Shown in pieces: positions 46,608 to 55,658 of a stretch of 64,000 nt of DNA. Below the pieces are notes generated by a model. That model saw nothing but the letters and a program-made list of their open reading frames with translations, was not told where the DNA came from and searched no databases. Position 1 is the first letter of the stretch, and each line of letters starts with the position of its first letter. The stretch lies in sequence record OR352953.1, one strand, 5' to 3'. Origin of the DNA: Escherichia phage AV123. The position numbers and the translations under genes are program-made.

Positions 46608-46820
46608 CTATTCATCATCTGAACTCTCTGTTGAGAATGTTCGTGTGTAGGGACACTGACGACTTGCAGAAACCTCTATAACCTTGTCGTACATACCGTT
46701 AGAGTAAAAACAGTATTTTGTACTTCCAGAAACTTGTTCTCCAGAATTAATTAAAGTTATTTGACCAGCATAAGAATAAGAACTTATTACTAAAAGTAAA
46801 CCGACAAGAAGTTTTTTCAT
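46608..46820 (-). CDS. small secreted protein with signal peptide (70 aa)
   Basis: MKKLLVGLLLVISSYSYA signal-like N-terminus; AAGGAG RBS. Confidence 0.55.
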   Translation of the reverse strand: MKKLLVGLLLVISSYSYAGQITLINSGEQVSGSTKYCFYSNGMYDKVIEVSASRQCPYTRTFSTESSDDE

Positions 46821-46895
46821 TGGTGTGTCTCCTTAAAAGCCCACCTAACTAAGTAGGTAGGCATATTAACACATATTAAATTAGTAAGTCAAGTA

Positions 46896-47780
46896 TTATT
46901 TTTGAATAGTTGACTTGATAAGGTCTTGCATAATACCACGGATTTCATTAAAGCACAGAAGGACAGATGCTTCAAAAGATCCTTCTTCGTCGTTAAAGTA
47001 TTTAGGGAATTTAATACCACTCAACTTAAATTCTTTATCAACAATAAAGTTAACGAAACCGTCATATTCCAGGCCAATGGCAACAACGTGCTTACCATCT
47101 TCCATAAGTTCTACTGCACGAGATTCGTAAAGGGATTCTTTACTCCATACAACCACACCTTCAGAATCTTCAAGTTTAATATAATTACCAAGGGTCAGTC
47201 GTTCAGCCTCATGTTCTTCTAAGATGGTATCGAAACCTTTAATAATGGCTTCTTCGTGTACACTAAACGGCAGAACTGGGAAAGTACCCAACACCTCACG
47301 AAGAAACACAGCAATATCTTCACTAATTTTCTTAGTACCATTAAGAACGTAGGTAATACTGTTTTCAGTGTCTACAACAACATAGTTATAGAAATCATCT
47401 GCCTCTGTTTCTGGGAGCAGAGAAAACACGATATCAGCCTCAATTGCTTTTTTACTTTCTTTGTCCAAGAAGAATTCTTTAGTAGGGTTTGCAGCAATAA
47501 ACTCTTGTTCCATCTCTTGAAGTTTTTCATTAAGAATGCGTTTAACTTTTTTCTTGTTAACTTTCTTAACAGATTGCCCTACTTTAATAACCTCTAAACC
47601 AGAGAACACTTTTACATAGGAACCATCATCTTCAAAACGAACAAGACCAATGGTATGTGCTTGTTGACCCTGTGCCACAACAAAATCCAGCGGTTTGTCT
47701 GTTACTGTGTTCAGTGCGGAAATAGACAGACCATCACCAGAAATCAGGGTTACGCAAGATTTGAAATTTTTAGCAAACAT
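46896..47780 (-). CDS. rdgC: RdgC-like recombination-associated protein
   Basis: MFAKNFK start and LREVLGTFPVLPFS align with E. coli RdgC (MLWFKNL ... LRKSLGSLPVVPLS); GAGGAG RBS. Confidence 0.55.
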   Translation of the reverse strand: MFAKNFKSCVTLISGDGLSISALNTVTDKPLDFVVAQGQQAHTIGLVRFEDDGSYVKVFSGLEVIKVGQSVKKVNKKKVKRILNEKLQEMEQEFIAANPTKEFFLDKESKKAIEADIVFSLLPETEADDFYNYVVVDTENSITYVLNGTKKISEDIAVFLREVLGTFPVLPFSVHEEAIIKGFDTILEEHEAERLTLGNYIKLEDSEGVVVWSKESLYESRAVELMEDGKHVVAIGLEYDGFVNFIVDKEFKLSGIKFPKYFNDEEGSFEASVLLCFNEIRGIMQDLIKSTIQK

Positions 47781-47790
47781 AGTTTTCTCC

Positions 47791-48069
47791 TCAAATAACA
47801 ACTACAAAATATTTTACACCATCATATTCGACAATATGATCAGGATATTTAAATCCTTTATAAGATTTACCAAACAGACTAACAGCCTCATTAGCTTTGT
47901 TTTGCGGATTACTCAGCCACTGTTCTTCTGTGTAAAACTTAAACTCTGTTCTCTTACCTTCTTTTTCTAAACCAACAATTTCCTGTGTGATATCTTCAAT
48001 ACCTGCATTCTTCAAGGATTTGATTACCTGACGCAAACCGTGTTTAAAGATATCTTCTGCTGTTAACAT
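47791..48069 (-). CDS. hypothetical protein (92 aa)
   Basis: track ORF. Confidence 0.5.
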   Translation of the reverse strand: MLTAEDIFKHGLRQVIKSLKNAGIEDITQEIVGLEKEGKRTEFKFYTEEQWLSNPQNKANEAVSLFGKSYKGFKYPDHIVEYDGVKYFVVVI

Positions 48070-48082
48070 AATACCTCCAATA

Positions 48083-48098
48083 AGCCCCCGAAGGGGCT
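48083..48098 (-). terminator. intergenic GC hairpin AGCCCC-CGAA-GGGGCT
   Basis: hairpin between two minus-strand genes. Confidence 0.4.
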
Positions 48099-48105
48099 TT
48101 ATTTC

Positions 48106-48828
48106 TTAAGCAATGATTGCTGCGATATTAGGTTTAACAAAGGTAGATGGTTTCATAATTTTACCTTTATCATCAAAGAATACGTACACCTTTTGAACTT
48201 CGTTATATACAGCATGTACCCCAGTATAAGAACCTTCTGCACGATCTTTGCTTCGCATCTCGATAGCATCGCACTCTTTTTCAAGAGCTTCAATAATATC
48301 CTTAGTTTCCCAAATAGCCAGGAGTTGCTTCTTGGTAGGATACTTGGACTCATTGCTATTCAACACTTCACGCATAACCTTCTTCTCGTTATAAACAGAA
48401 CGCACCAAAGTATCTCGTGCCATACGGGTAAGTGTAAGAGACATTAAGGCAAATTGCAAGTCATTTTCTACCATTTTATCAAATTCAATGATAACATCGT
48501 AAATGTTTTCTGCCAGAACATCCCCTGTCGGCATTTCCAGAGCTTTATCAACACCTTCTTTACCAAAGAACATAAATGCCAGGTAGGAGGCTACCACAAA
48601 AATATCTGCTGCTGCATCAAGTAATTCAACGTGATCATTTTCCTGTGCTGCTGCTTGGAACTCTTTAAGTTCTTCTCGTACAAAAGAAAGTTGAGCTTCA
48701 AACATCTCTTGAGTAAATTCTGGAGTTACTCCACCACGTGCCTTAGCATTCCAAGCAACAATTTGATCGGCAGCTTTGATAAAGAAGCTATTGTCCACTT
48801 TTACTTGTTTGAAAAAATTCTCGATCAT
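48106..48828 (-). CDS. MazG-like nucleotide pyrophosphohydrolase, tentative
   Basis: REELKEF ... DHVELLDAAADIFVV resembles the MazG acidic EExxE...D metal-binding motif. Confidence 0.35.
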   Translation of the reverse strand: MIENFFKQVKVDNSFFIKAADQIVAWNAKARGGVTPEFTQEMFEAQLSFVREELKEFQAAAQENDHVELLDAAADIFVVASYLAFMFFGKEGVDKALEMPTGDVLAENIYDVIIEFDKMVENDLQFALMSLTLTRMARDTLVRSVYNEKKVMREVLNSNESKYPTKKQLLAIWETKDIIEALEKECDAIEMRSKDRAEGSYTGVHAVYNEVQKVYVFFDDKGKIMKPSTFVKPNIAAIIA

Positions 48829-48837
48829 TGTTTCTCC

Positions 48838-49017
48838 TTATTTAAAATATTGTTCTAACAAAACACTAATGCGAACTACCGATTCGCCCATATACGCCCC
48901 AGCACAGAGGAAAACAACAAATCTACAAAAATTGCAGTACCATTTGTCCACTGGAAACGAGGCTAACATTATAATTGCAATAGCAATTAACATCATAAGA
49001 ACTGTTACTAATACCAT
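48838..49017 (-). CDS. small membrane protein (59 aa)
   Basis: internal ATG with AAGAGG RBS; hydrophobic N-terminus. Confidence 0.4.
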   Translation of the reverse strand: MVLVTVLMMLIAIAIIMLASFPVDKWYCNFCRFVVFLCAGAYMGESVVRISVLLEQYFK

Positions 49018-49025
49018 ATTACCTC

Positions 49026-50141
49026 TTACTCTGCTGGTTCCCAAGTACCTGGAATCATCTTACGTACACGTACCCCAACAGGCTTAGTAGGAATACCTTC
49101 GTCTGAAAATTCTTCGTACTCAATTTCAACAAATTGACCAATAAGTGTCAAAGCATTTTCTTCTTTACGATAGTTAATGGTTTCATCTGAATCCTTACGC
49201 ATCAGGAATTCGACTACTTTACCATTTTCCATCTCTCCTGTCAATACCCCGTCACCATTTTTATCACGCTTTGCACTTACCACTTTAACTTCAAGCGTCT
49301 GCCGTGGTTTACGTTTAATAACATCATAAGAACGTTTATCAAACTCGTAAACACCTTGTGCGTTACGATACACCACACCTTCCGCTTTCTCACGTAGAGC
49401 TTTTGCATAGAAAGCATCAAACTGCTCTTGGTTTTCAATGTACTCTGTATGTACTACACAAATGAGTTCATCTAAACCCTTATCTTCAACAACTTCTTTT
49501 AGAGCAGCCAAAACTTGAACCCTCTTCTCAAATGGTACAGATGGCACGGGAACATCATATACATAGTATTTAAGAAGCGGAGTGTTAGCATTATGCTTTT
49601 TCCACGCACTATTAATTTGTTGAAGGCTAAGGATACCCAAACCAGCAAAAACTTCACCGTCAAGAGGATGACCAACCACTTCTTTAATGAAGGTTGGAAT
49701 TTCTTCCCAGTGAGGTGGGAGTTTATATACCTCTCCAGCTTTAGATAAACATTCACCTTGCATGTTAATCATTGAACGTAGACCATTCAATTTATATTGT
49801 GCATAACCTGGGAACAAAACACGATCAGCATAATCTTTATAATCCTGACATTTCATGGGTGTAGAAGGAACATGGTTTTCAGCTTCCTCTTTTGTTTTAT
49901 AATACCCATTCTTAAGTTGCTTTGTCCATTTGGCAAGAGCTTCTATTTCAGCTTGTTCTTCTGCTGTTGTTTCATTTGAGCGACCAATATTTTTAGGTTC
50001 TGCCGTATAAGATTTGCTAGTGATCTTTCCACCTAATTGACCATGAGCAACAGTTACAACACTACCTTCGGTATAGACTGACCACTGTCTAATTTTACCT
50101 GTAGAAGTTTTACCATATAATGTAGGATTAGTTTGTTTCAT
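49026..50141 (-). CDS. ATP-dependent DNA ligase (covalent nucleotidyltransferase)
   Basis: motif I KLNGLR (KxNG variant), motif IV EGVVYR, motif V KRK; internal ATG with GGAGG RBS. Confidence 0.6.
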   Translation of the reverse strand: MKQTNPTLYGKTSTGKIRQWSVYTEGSVVTVAHGQLGGKITSKSYTAEPKNIGRSNETTAEEQAEIEALAKWTKQLKNGYYKTKEEAENHVPSTPMKCQDYKDYADRVLFPGYAQYKLNGLRSMINMQGECLSKAGEVYKLPPHWEEIPTFIKEVVGHPLDGEVFAGLGILSLQQINSAWKKHNANTPLLKYYVYDVPVPSVPFEKRVQVLAALKEVVEDKGLDELICVVHTEYIENQEQFDAFYAKALREKAEGVVYRNAQGVYEFDKRSYDVIKRKPRQTLEVKVVSAKRDKNGDGVLTGEMENGKVVEFLMRKDSDETINYRKEENALTLIGQFVEIEYEEFSDEGIPTKPVGVRVRKMIPGTWEPAE

Positions 50142-50331
50142 CTTTAACCTCCAGTTGCGAAAGAACCCATTTAGCCATTTCAATTTCACCGTGTAGTCTG
50201 CCTAGTTCATAGGCATCATCAATATTACCACCAGTGTAATCATCCACCATAAAGTAAGGATCTTCACTACTGTTAGGCGCGTTTGCAATTCTCGTTAGTT
50301 CTTCAATAAATGTCATAGTTAACCTTACCAA
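50128..50331 (-). CDS. hypothetical protein (67 aa)
   Basis: track ORF. Confidence 0.45.
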   Translation of the reverse strand: MVRLTMTFIEELTRIANAPNSSEDPYFMVDDYTGGNIDDAYELGRLHGEIEMAKWVLSQLEVKDETN

Positions 50332-50549
50332 TTATACACAAGAGTTTGAATTTCTTCCATCAAATCTTCAAGATCTGTATCAACATATTCAGAAGATGTT
50401 GCCATAAAGTATGTAATCATTGTGAACCCTTCCGAAGAAAGGGCATCAAGGATATCATTAAACATATCTTCCATTTCAGTATTCTCACCAAATGAAAATA
50501 ACATTTGTTGATCTTCGCTTACACCTTTAACATAGATAGCTGTGCTCAT
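50325..50549 (-). CDS. hypothetical acidic protein (74 aa)
   Basis: track ORF. Confidence 0.45.
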   Translation of the reverse strand: MSTAIYVKGVSEDQQMLFSFGENTEMEDMFNDILDALSSEGFTMITYFMATSSEYVDTDLEDLMEEIQTLVYNW

Positions 50550-50552
50550 ATA

Positions 50553-50852
50553 TTAATCCTTAAGACGTTCATTTAAATCTTCACATTCCAGTGTTAACTC
50601 TGAAACTTGTTCATTCAAACAAGAAACTTCTTCATTTAGATCTGAAATAATGTTTTCTAATGAATCTACTTGATCATCATATGAACGTTTTGTTTCTTCA
50701 AGGTCTTCCATAAGACTATCAATCAAATGCAGCAAAGATAAGATATAGCCGTCTCCTGTTGCGTTCCTCCACTCACTTCCGTAGCGATAAATAATAATTT
50801 CACCATCATCGACTACTGTAAAATACTTACCTTTACCAGAATAAATTTCCAT
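50553..50852 (-). CDS. hypothetical protein with coiled-coil-like C-terminus (99 aa)
   Basis: track ORF. Confidence 0.5.
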   Translation of the reverse strand: MEIYSGKGKYFTVVDDGEIIIYRYGSEWRNATGDGYILSLLHLIDSLMEDLEETKRSYDDQVDSLENIISDLNEEVSCLNEQVSELTLECEDLNERLKD

Positions 50853-50861
50853 AAACTCTCC

Positions 50862-51266
50862 TTATTGTAGCTTAAGTGAACTGCGAAGACGTTCCTCTTG
50901 CTGATCACGAATATGTTGTGGAACCTCATGAATTGAATCGTTACCGTGCCTATTCTCCACAACTAAAGAAATAACTTGATAACCAAACTCTTCAGCAAGA
51001 GTTAAATAAGGTTTAAGTTCTTTTTCTGTAGTAGAGGTATTAGAAACAATAATCTTTTCAACACCATACTGCATATATTTTTGTACTTTGACACGACACC
51101 ATTGGTGTGCTTTATGGATATTCTCTTGTTTCCACTCATACACACCATCTTCAGTGTAGTGGTATTGATCTGCCTCACAAATAGGCCAATGATTTTCAGA
51201 GATAATTTCTGCTACTGTAGATTTACCTGCACCTGAAACACCACGTAAAATGATAAGTTGTTTCAT
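50862..51266 (-). CDS. P-loop kinase, polynucleotide 5'-kinase-like
   Basis: ILRGVSGAGKST Walker A resembles the T4 Pnk kinase-domain N-terminus; adjacent to ligase and phosphoesterase. Confidence 0.5.
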   Translation of the reverse strand: MKQLIILRGVSGAGKSTVAEIISENHWPICEADQYHYTEDGVYEWKQENIHKAHQWCRVKVQKYMQYGVEKIIVSNTSTTEKELKPYLTLAEEFGYQVISLVVENRHGNDSIHEVPQHIRDQQEERLRSSLKLQ

Positions 51267-52199
51267 TTAGCCTCCAAAGAAGTTTTCTATTTCTTTACGT
51301 CGCTCTTGTGGATCGAGAGCAGCCCATTGAGCCTTCGTAAATTTATTTCGAAGCCATTCTAGCAAAGTATAATATTCTTCGTCAACAATTTGTTTAGCAT
51401 TGTTTGGGTTGTCCCAAATCATATCCCACTTCTTATTGCCACCACGCATAAGGAATTTCTTAGCAAGATAGTATGGTGACTTAATCTTTAAGAGTAAGTT
51501 AAACGGATAGTTTGTTTCACGAACAACAAAGCCTTCGTGTCTACAATGTTTAGACATTTCAACAACATCTGAAAATTTAATCATTGGATAAACTTCAGGA
51601 CGTTTAAATTTTGTAATAGATGCAATCCCATCAAGAACACCTTCAGGTAACATGAAACTTGTCCCATCAAGATTTTGAATTCTTGCTCCAATTAAGTATG
51701 CGCCTGGTTCTTCTTCGACAATATGTGGATCAGAAGGATCACAGATTTCAAAAAGGAAAGTTGCTTTTGCACTTTCTGTCCACTTAATGAAATACTCTAT
51801 GTCATCACACTCGGAAACAATACGGTTCTTGGCAATAGTTGCAAAGTCTGATTCTAGGCTTCCTGTTGTTGATACAACAAGTTTCCCTTTGTACACACCT
51901 ACAGATGCCATAAAACCGTTTACTTTACGGACAGCATCTACAAATTCATCTCCTGGAAGATCTGTACCATTCTCAAAACGATTAAAGATTTTAGTAAAAG
52001 GCCAAATAACAACATTGTCTTCTGAGTCAACAACCAACCCACGACAATCTAAAAGTCGTTTGTCAACGTTCCACAAGTTATCCCAGAATACATTGTTTTT
52101 GTATTTAAGTACAGCAAGACCAGCATACTCTCCAGATTTAACTTCTTTTTTATGCACTAAACCTTTTGCAATCAGGTCATCACAATTGAACTTAGCCAC
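51267..52199 (-). CDS. RNA ligase-like nucleotidyltransferase
   Basis: motif I KVNGF (KxNG), motif IV EGFVVR, motif V KIKS. Confidence 0.55.
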   Translation of the reverse strand: MAKFNCDDLIAKGLVHKKEVKSGEYAGLAVLKYKNNVFWDNLWNVDKRLLDCRGLVVDSEDNVVIWPFTKIFNRFENGTDLPGDEFVDAVRKVNGFMASVGVYKGKLVVSTTGSLESDFATIAKNRIVSECDDIEYFIKWTESAKATFLFEICDPSDPHIVEEEPGAYLIGARIQNLDGTSFMLPEGVLDGIASITKFKRPEVYPMIKFSDVVEMSKHCRHEGFVVRETNYPFNLLLKIKSPYYLAKKFLMRGGNKKWDMIWDNPNNAKQIVDEEYYTLLEWLRNKFTKAQWAALDPQERRKEIENFFGG

Positions 52200-52200
52200 C

Positions 52201-52752
52201 TTAATCTCCTTTGATTATCTTATGATGATCTACAACAATAATATCACGCTTACCCATAATAGAGATGATTTCGTCAAAATGCAAGATTTTCCCGTGTGCA
52301 TCCCAACCAACATCCAACATTTTCCCATACAAATGATCAGGGAATGATCCGTGAGAGTGTCCGTGTAGCATGATTGATCCATGCCCTTGTTTATTCCAGG
52401 CAGCCATAGGGTAATGACTTAAGACGAAGAACAGCTTCTGATATTTCACTTCGTCATAATACACAACTTCTCCATACTCTGCAAGCACTTTTCTGTGTTT
52501 ACTGTAATCATGGTTCCCAACACAGTAAGTAATATCCCCTTGGAGACGGGAAGCAATCTTACGGGTATCTTCTTCAGTCCCGAAACAGAAGTCCCCAAGA
52601 TGGTACATCTTTACTCCTGGTGTTGTGGCACATTTATTCCATGCTTCGATCAGTGCTTCTGTCATATGCTCCATATCTTCCCACGGGCGATATTCAGGAG
52701 CAAACTCTCGGATACGTTTGTGCATAAAATGCAAATCACTTGTAATAAACAT
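52201..52752 (-). CDS. calcineurin-like metallophosphoesterase (candidate 2',3'/3'-phosphatase)
   Basis: SDLHF, GDFCFG, GNHD motifs. Confidence 0.7.
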   Translation of the reverse strand: MFITSDLHFMHKRIREFAPEYRPWEDMEHMTEALIEAWNKCATTPGVKMYHLGDFCFGTEEDTRKIASRLQGDITYCVGNHDYSKHRKVLAEYGEVVYYDEVKYQKLFFVLSHYPMAAWNKQGHGSIMLHGHSHGSFPDHLYGKMLDVGWDAHGKILHFDEIISIMGKRDIIVVDHHKIIKGD

Positions 52753-53114
52753 TAGTATAATCCCTCGCTGAATAGTTCACTGTTGTGACCATTTCTTTCG
52801 TAGTTAATTTGTTTGGCGTTATCTGCAATGACATAAGCATCTTTGCGACTCCACCAGTTATAATACTGATCAATAAACCCTTGATTATCAGGTAAGCAAA
52901 ACAGTTTATCGATCAATCCTGCATCTTTTAAAACATTAAGTTGTGCAGATAGTACAGGATTTGCATGCCTAACACAAGGAATAATTAACTCTTCGCCATT
53001 GTTAAGAATATACTTGTTCGCAGCGCAGACTATAACACGTTGAGCATAGTGATCCTCACCAATCCAAGTAAGAGGTTGGTAACAAATATCATGTTGATTA
53101 GTAGCGCACATCAA
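52752..53114 (-). CDS. hypothetical protein (120 aa)
   Basis: track ORF. Confidence 0.5.
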   Translation of the reverse strand: MMCATNQHDICYQPLTWIGEDHYAQRVIVCAANKYILNNGEELIIPCVRHANPVLSAQLNVLKDAGLIDKLFCLPDNQGFIDQYYNWWSRKDAYVIADNAKQINYERNGHNSELFSEGLY

Positions 53115-53269
53115 TTTTCTCCATACTCTTTTAATCTATCAGCGAAAAAACTGTAATCAGGAAGTAAAAGATCATTACTCGTATCGCTACAGTTTTCTTC
53201 CTCTTTATAGATAAAATGCCCTTCATCCTCTTCTTGCTCTGACCAGACTGAGTAATGCATAATACCTAC

Positions 53270-53644
53270 TTAATAGTTAACACGTTTAATTTCAACACCA
53301 TAGGATGAAATAAAATTTTCCTTAGCTAACATATATTTACCAGCAGCAGAAGGATTTGATGTATGAACATAGATAGTTTTAAGAGCATCCCATTCACCAG
53401 CGTACAACATACATTCTACATCTAAGAACGCATGATAGCCTTCTTGATCTTCCCCAAGATCATTATCGAAGTGTATTTCTGAGATATTATTGAAATTATC
53501 TTCATCTGAAACAAAAGATGACCAATCCCCAAAAGATTTTAACCAAATGGCATCCTCATAACCATAATCTTTAGGATCTCTTAAATCGTCTAACCAAAGA
53601 ATTTTAGCCACTATCAACACCCTTCCTGTTTCTCTTCTTTCCAA
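53270..53644 (-). CDS. hypothetical protein (124 aa)
   Basis: track ORF; conserved-looking WLDDLRDP, HFDNDLG, VHTSNP segments of unknown family. Confidence 0.5.
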   Translation of the reverse strand: MERRETGRVLIVAKILWLDDLRDPKDYGYEDAIWLKSFGDWSSFVSDEDNFNNISEIHFDNDLGEDQEGYHAFLDVECMLYAGEWDALKTIYVHTSNPSAAGKYMLAKENFISSYGVEIKRVNY

Positions 53645-53805
53645 GTTTTACCTTTATCTACCAATTGCTTAGAAACAGCAAATCTTTCTCCATTGACATA
53701 AAACAGATAAAGAATAAAGGATTTTCCTATAGTTACAGTATCTACTACTTCTACACGCTTTACACCTTGCATGTATTTGGCTTTACCTGAATAAATAAGG
53801 AACAT
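53614..53805 (-). CDS. hypothetical protein (63 aa)
   Basis: track ORF. Confidence 0.4.
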   Translation of the reverse strand: MFLIYSGKAKYMQGVKRVEVVDTVTIGKSFILYLFYVNGERFAVSKQLVDKGKTWKEEKQEGC

Positions 53806-54083
53806 TATTTATTCCTTTTGTTGTTGATCACATCTAAAGCTGTGTAAGGTTTGTTTGTACCGCTGTATTCAAGAATAATTGGTGCATGTTCATAGACAAA
53901 CTCAAAAGTACCATACACAGAATCTGCAACTGAAATAAGCATTTCAGTGCCTTCATCGTTCTTAATTAATGAAAACATTGCCCCTGGTTTATTGAGCACT
54001 TCATATTTCTTACCTGCTGTCAGCAAACCTGAATACCATTCATTTTGCACAACAGACAAACACTTCAGGTAGGTTTTTCTCAT
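53805..54083 (-). CDS. hypothetical protein (92 aa)
   Basis: track ORF. Confidence 0.5.
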   Translation of the reverse strand: MRKTYLKCLSVVQNEWYSGLLTAGKKYEVLNKPGAMFSLIKNDEGTEMLISVADSVYGTFEFVYEHAPIILEYSGTNKPYTALDVINNKRNK

Positions 54084-54421
54084 TTCTTTTTGCTCCTTCT
54101 TTTAGGCTTCTCGTATAAACCTAACACAGCCGATTCTTTTGCACAAATAGGAACTGATTTCATTCCTCGTTTTTTAGCTTCTGGTAGATTCAAAACCCAC
54201 CAGCCAAACCAATACAATTCATCTTCTGTGAAAGGATCTGCCATAGGATCTGCTTCACGTTCTTCAAATTTAGCAAGAGCTTCTTCTATCTTTTCTATTG
54301 GAGTATCAAAGACAAAAGCCTCTGTGTCAAATTTTTGTTTCTTAGGAGCGGCCTTTGCCGCCCCATCTTTAGATGCGTGCTTTGTTACGGATCGCTTCTT
54401 CGGTGTTTTCGCCATCAACAA
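54080..54421 (-). CDS. hypothetical protein with lysine-rich termini (113 aa)
   Basis: track ORF; KKRS...KKQK and RRSKKK tails. Confidence 0.5.
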   Translation of the reverse strand: MLMAKTPKKRSVTKHASKDGAAKAAPKKQKFDTEAFVFDTPIEKIEEALAKFEEREADPMADPFTEDELYWFGWWVLNLPEAKKRGMKSVPICAKESAVLGLYEKPKRRSKKK

Positions 54422-54608
54422 CCTCCATACGGTGTAAGAAATCTTGCTGGAATCGCCAATACTGTTGACCAGTCCTTACATCTTCGTAGATCACAACAGG
54501 ATCAAATACTTTAGATACACCCGCTGGTTTAGGAAAGCCAACTACACGATATAAACCACCTTTGCTAATACAAGAATATGTTACATCAGTTAAAATTTCT
54601 TTTTTCAT
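54369..54608 (-). CDS. hypothetical protein (79 aa)
   Basis: track ORF. Confidence 0.45.
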   Translation of the reverse strand: MKKEILTDVTYSCISKGGLYRVVGFPKPAGVSKVFDPVVIYEDVRTGQQYWRFQQDFLHRMEVVDGENTEEAIRNKARI

Positions 54609-54802
54609 TTTTTAATAAACTCCAAAACAGGTACGTGATCAGCAGTCAAAGTTACACAATTGTAACTTACCTTTTCAACTTCAGAGAATGCTTCAACCCA
54701 AAGCAAGAAATTCTCTTTAGCTTCTTCATAATTCAATGTTGACTTAACAACATGGAACTCACCAAGAATTACTCTATAGATTGTTTGCATAGTTTGATTC
54801 AT
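54605..54802 (-). CDS. hypothetical protein (65 aa)
   Basis: track ORF. Confidence 0.45.
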   Translation of the reverse strand: MNQTMQTIYRVILGEFHVVKSTLNYEEAKENFLLWVEAFSEVEKVSYNCVTLTADHVPVLEFIKK

Positions 54803-54868
54803 TTATTTTTCCTTTGTTTAAAATGTGTTAAACAATCGCAAATGCTCGTGACGCACTTTGTGATCCCA

Positions 54869-55237
54869 CTAATTAACGTCAGCACTATGATTGTTGAGAG
54901 TATAGGATACTCCATCGCCCAAGTCAACATGAATCTCAACTCCTAACTGTCTTTCTAATGGTAAACGTTTTGAGAATTGATAATTACAAAGTTTGCAATC
55001 TAAGTCAAGCAACTCATGTTTGCTTAAACCTGGGATGATAACTTTGCTCCCCACTGTCCACTCAATACCTTCAAAGTTATCTCTTCTTTTCAAAATGTCA
55101 AGTAAGAAGATGATTTGTTGCCATTCCGTAGACAAGTCTTCTTCATAGAACGCAGAACAAAAAGTTTTATCATCGTAGAAAGCATACATTATGCCTCCAT
55201 CTACTGTTTCACTTCTAACGTAACGTGTGACCCTCAT
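54869..55237 (-). CDS. hypothetical protein (122 aa)
   Basis: track ORF; first gene of the minus-strand block. Confidence 0.55.
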   Translation of the reverse strand: MRVTRYVRSETVDGGIMYAFYDDKTFCSAFYEEDLSTEWQQIIFLLDILKRRDNFEGIEWTVGSKVIIPGLSKHELLDLDCKLCNYQFSKRLPLERQLGVEIHVDLGDGVSYTLNNHSADVN

Positions 55238-55368
55238 TATTCCCTCCTGTATAGCTCTGTAACGAGCTAATGGCCTTTAAGATATGCAATCACCTTACCT
55301 CACAGTAAAACTCGTTACAATCGTTTTTAGGAGGTTTAGGTTGTACTTAAAAATAATCTAAAAAGGTG

Positions 55369-55430
55369 TTGACAAACGCAAAAAAGTATGCTACCCTAAC
55401 CCCCGAAAAACGCCGAGCGCAGCGAGGGGG
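55369..55430 (+). promoter_or_regulatory. promoter (-35 TTGACA 55369-55374, -10 TACCCT) followed by CCCCC...GGGGG hairpin (55400-55430)
   Basis: 17-nt spacer; hairpin begins right after -10; no ORF follows for ~230 nt. Confidence 0.4.
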
Positions 55431-55560
55431 TGTTATCTAATCTTGTGATACATGATCTAACAGACAACTGAGTAGTCTACATATAGCACTATGTTATGTC
55501 TATAATACTAACATACATACTCTATACTAACAATAGATTCTTTATTAATTTTATTATTAA

Positions 55561-55584
55561 TTAAATAATAAATTAAATAATAAA
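55561..55584. repeat. perfect 12-bp tandem duplication TTAAATAATAAA x2 in AT-rich divergent intergenic region
   Basis: seen directly. Confidence 0.6.
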
Positions 55585-55590
55585 TATCTA

Positions 55591-55625
55591 TTGACTTTAG
55601 ATCTATCTGTATGTAGAGTAGAGAA
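55591..55625 (+). promoter_or_regulatory. promoter for Prs-like/NAMPT-like operon (-35 TTGACT, -10 TAGAGT)
   Basis: hexamers with 17-nt spacer ~35 nt upstream of RBS AAGGAG. Confidence 0.5.
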
Positions 55626-55658
55626 CATAAAGTCCTAACTCAACTAAGGAGATAAACA

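Noticed and set aside
49026-52199. Two ligase-like genes as a duplication of one DNA ligase
   Set aside because: Motif spacing and context differ: 49026..50141 has DNA-ligase-like motifs with an OB-fold-like C-terminus, whereas 51267..52199 sits between a kinase and a phosphoesterase as expected for an RNA ligase. They are annotated separately, though the DNA versus RNA assignment is an inference.
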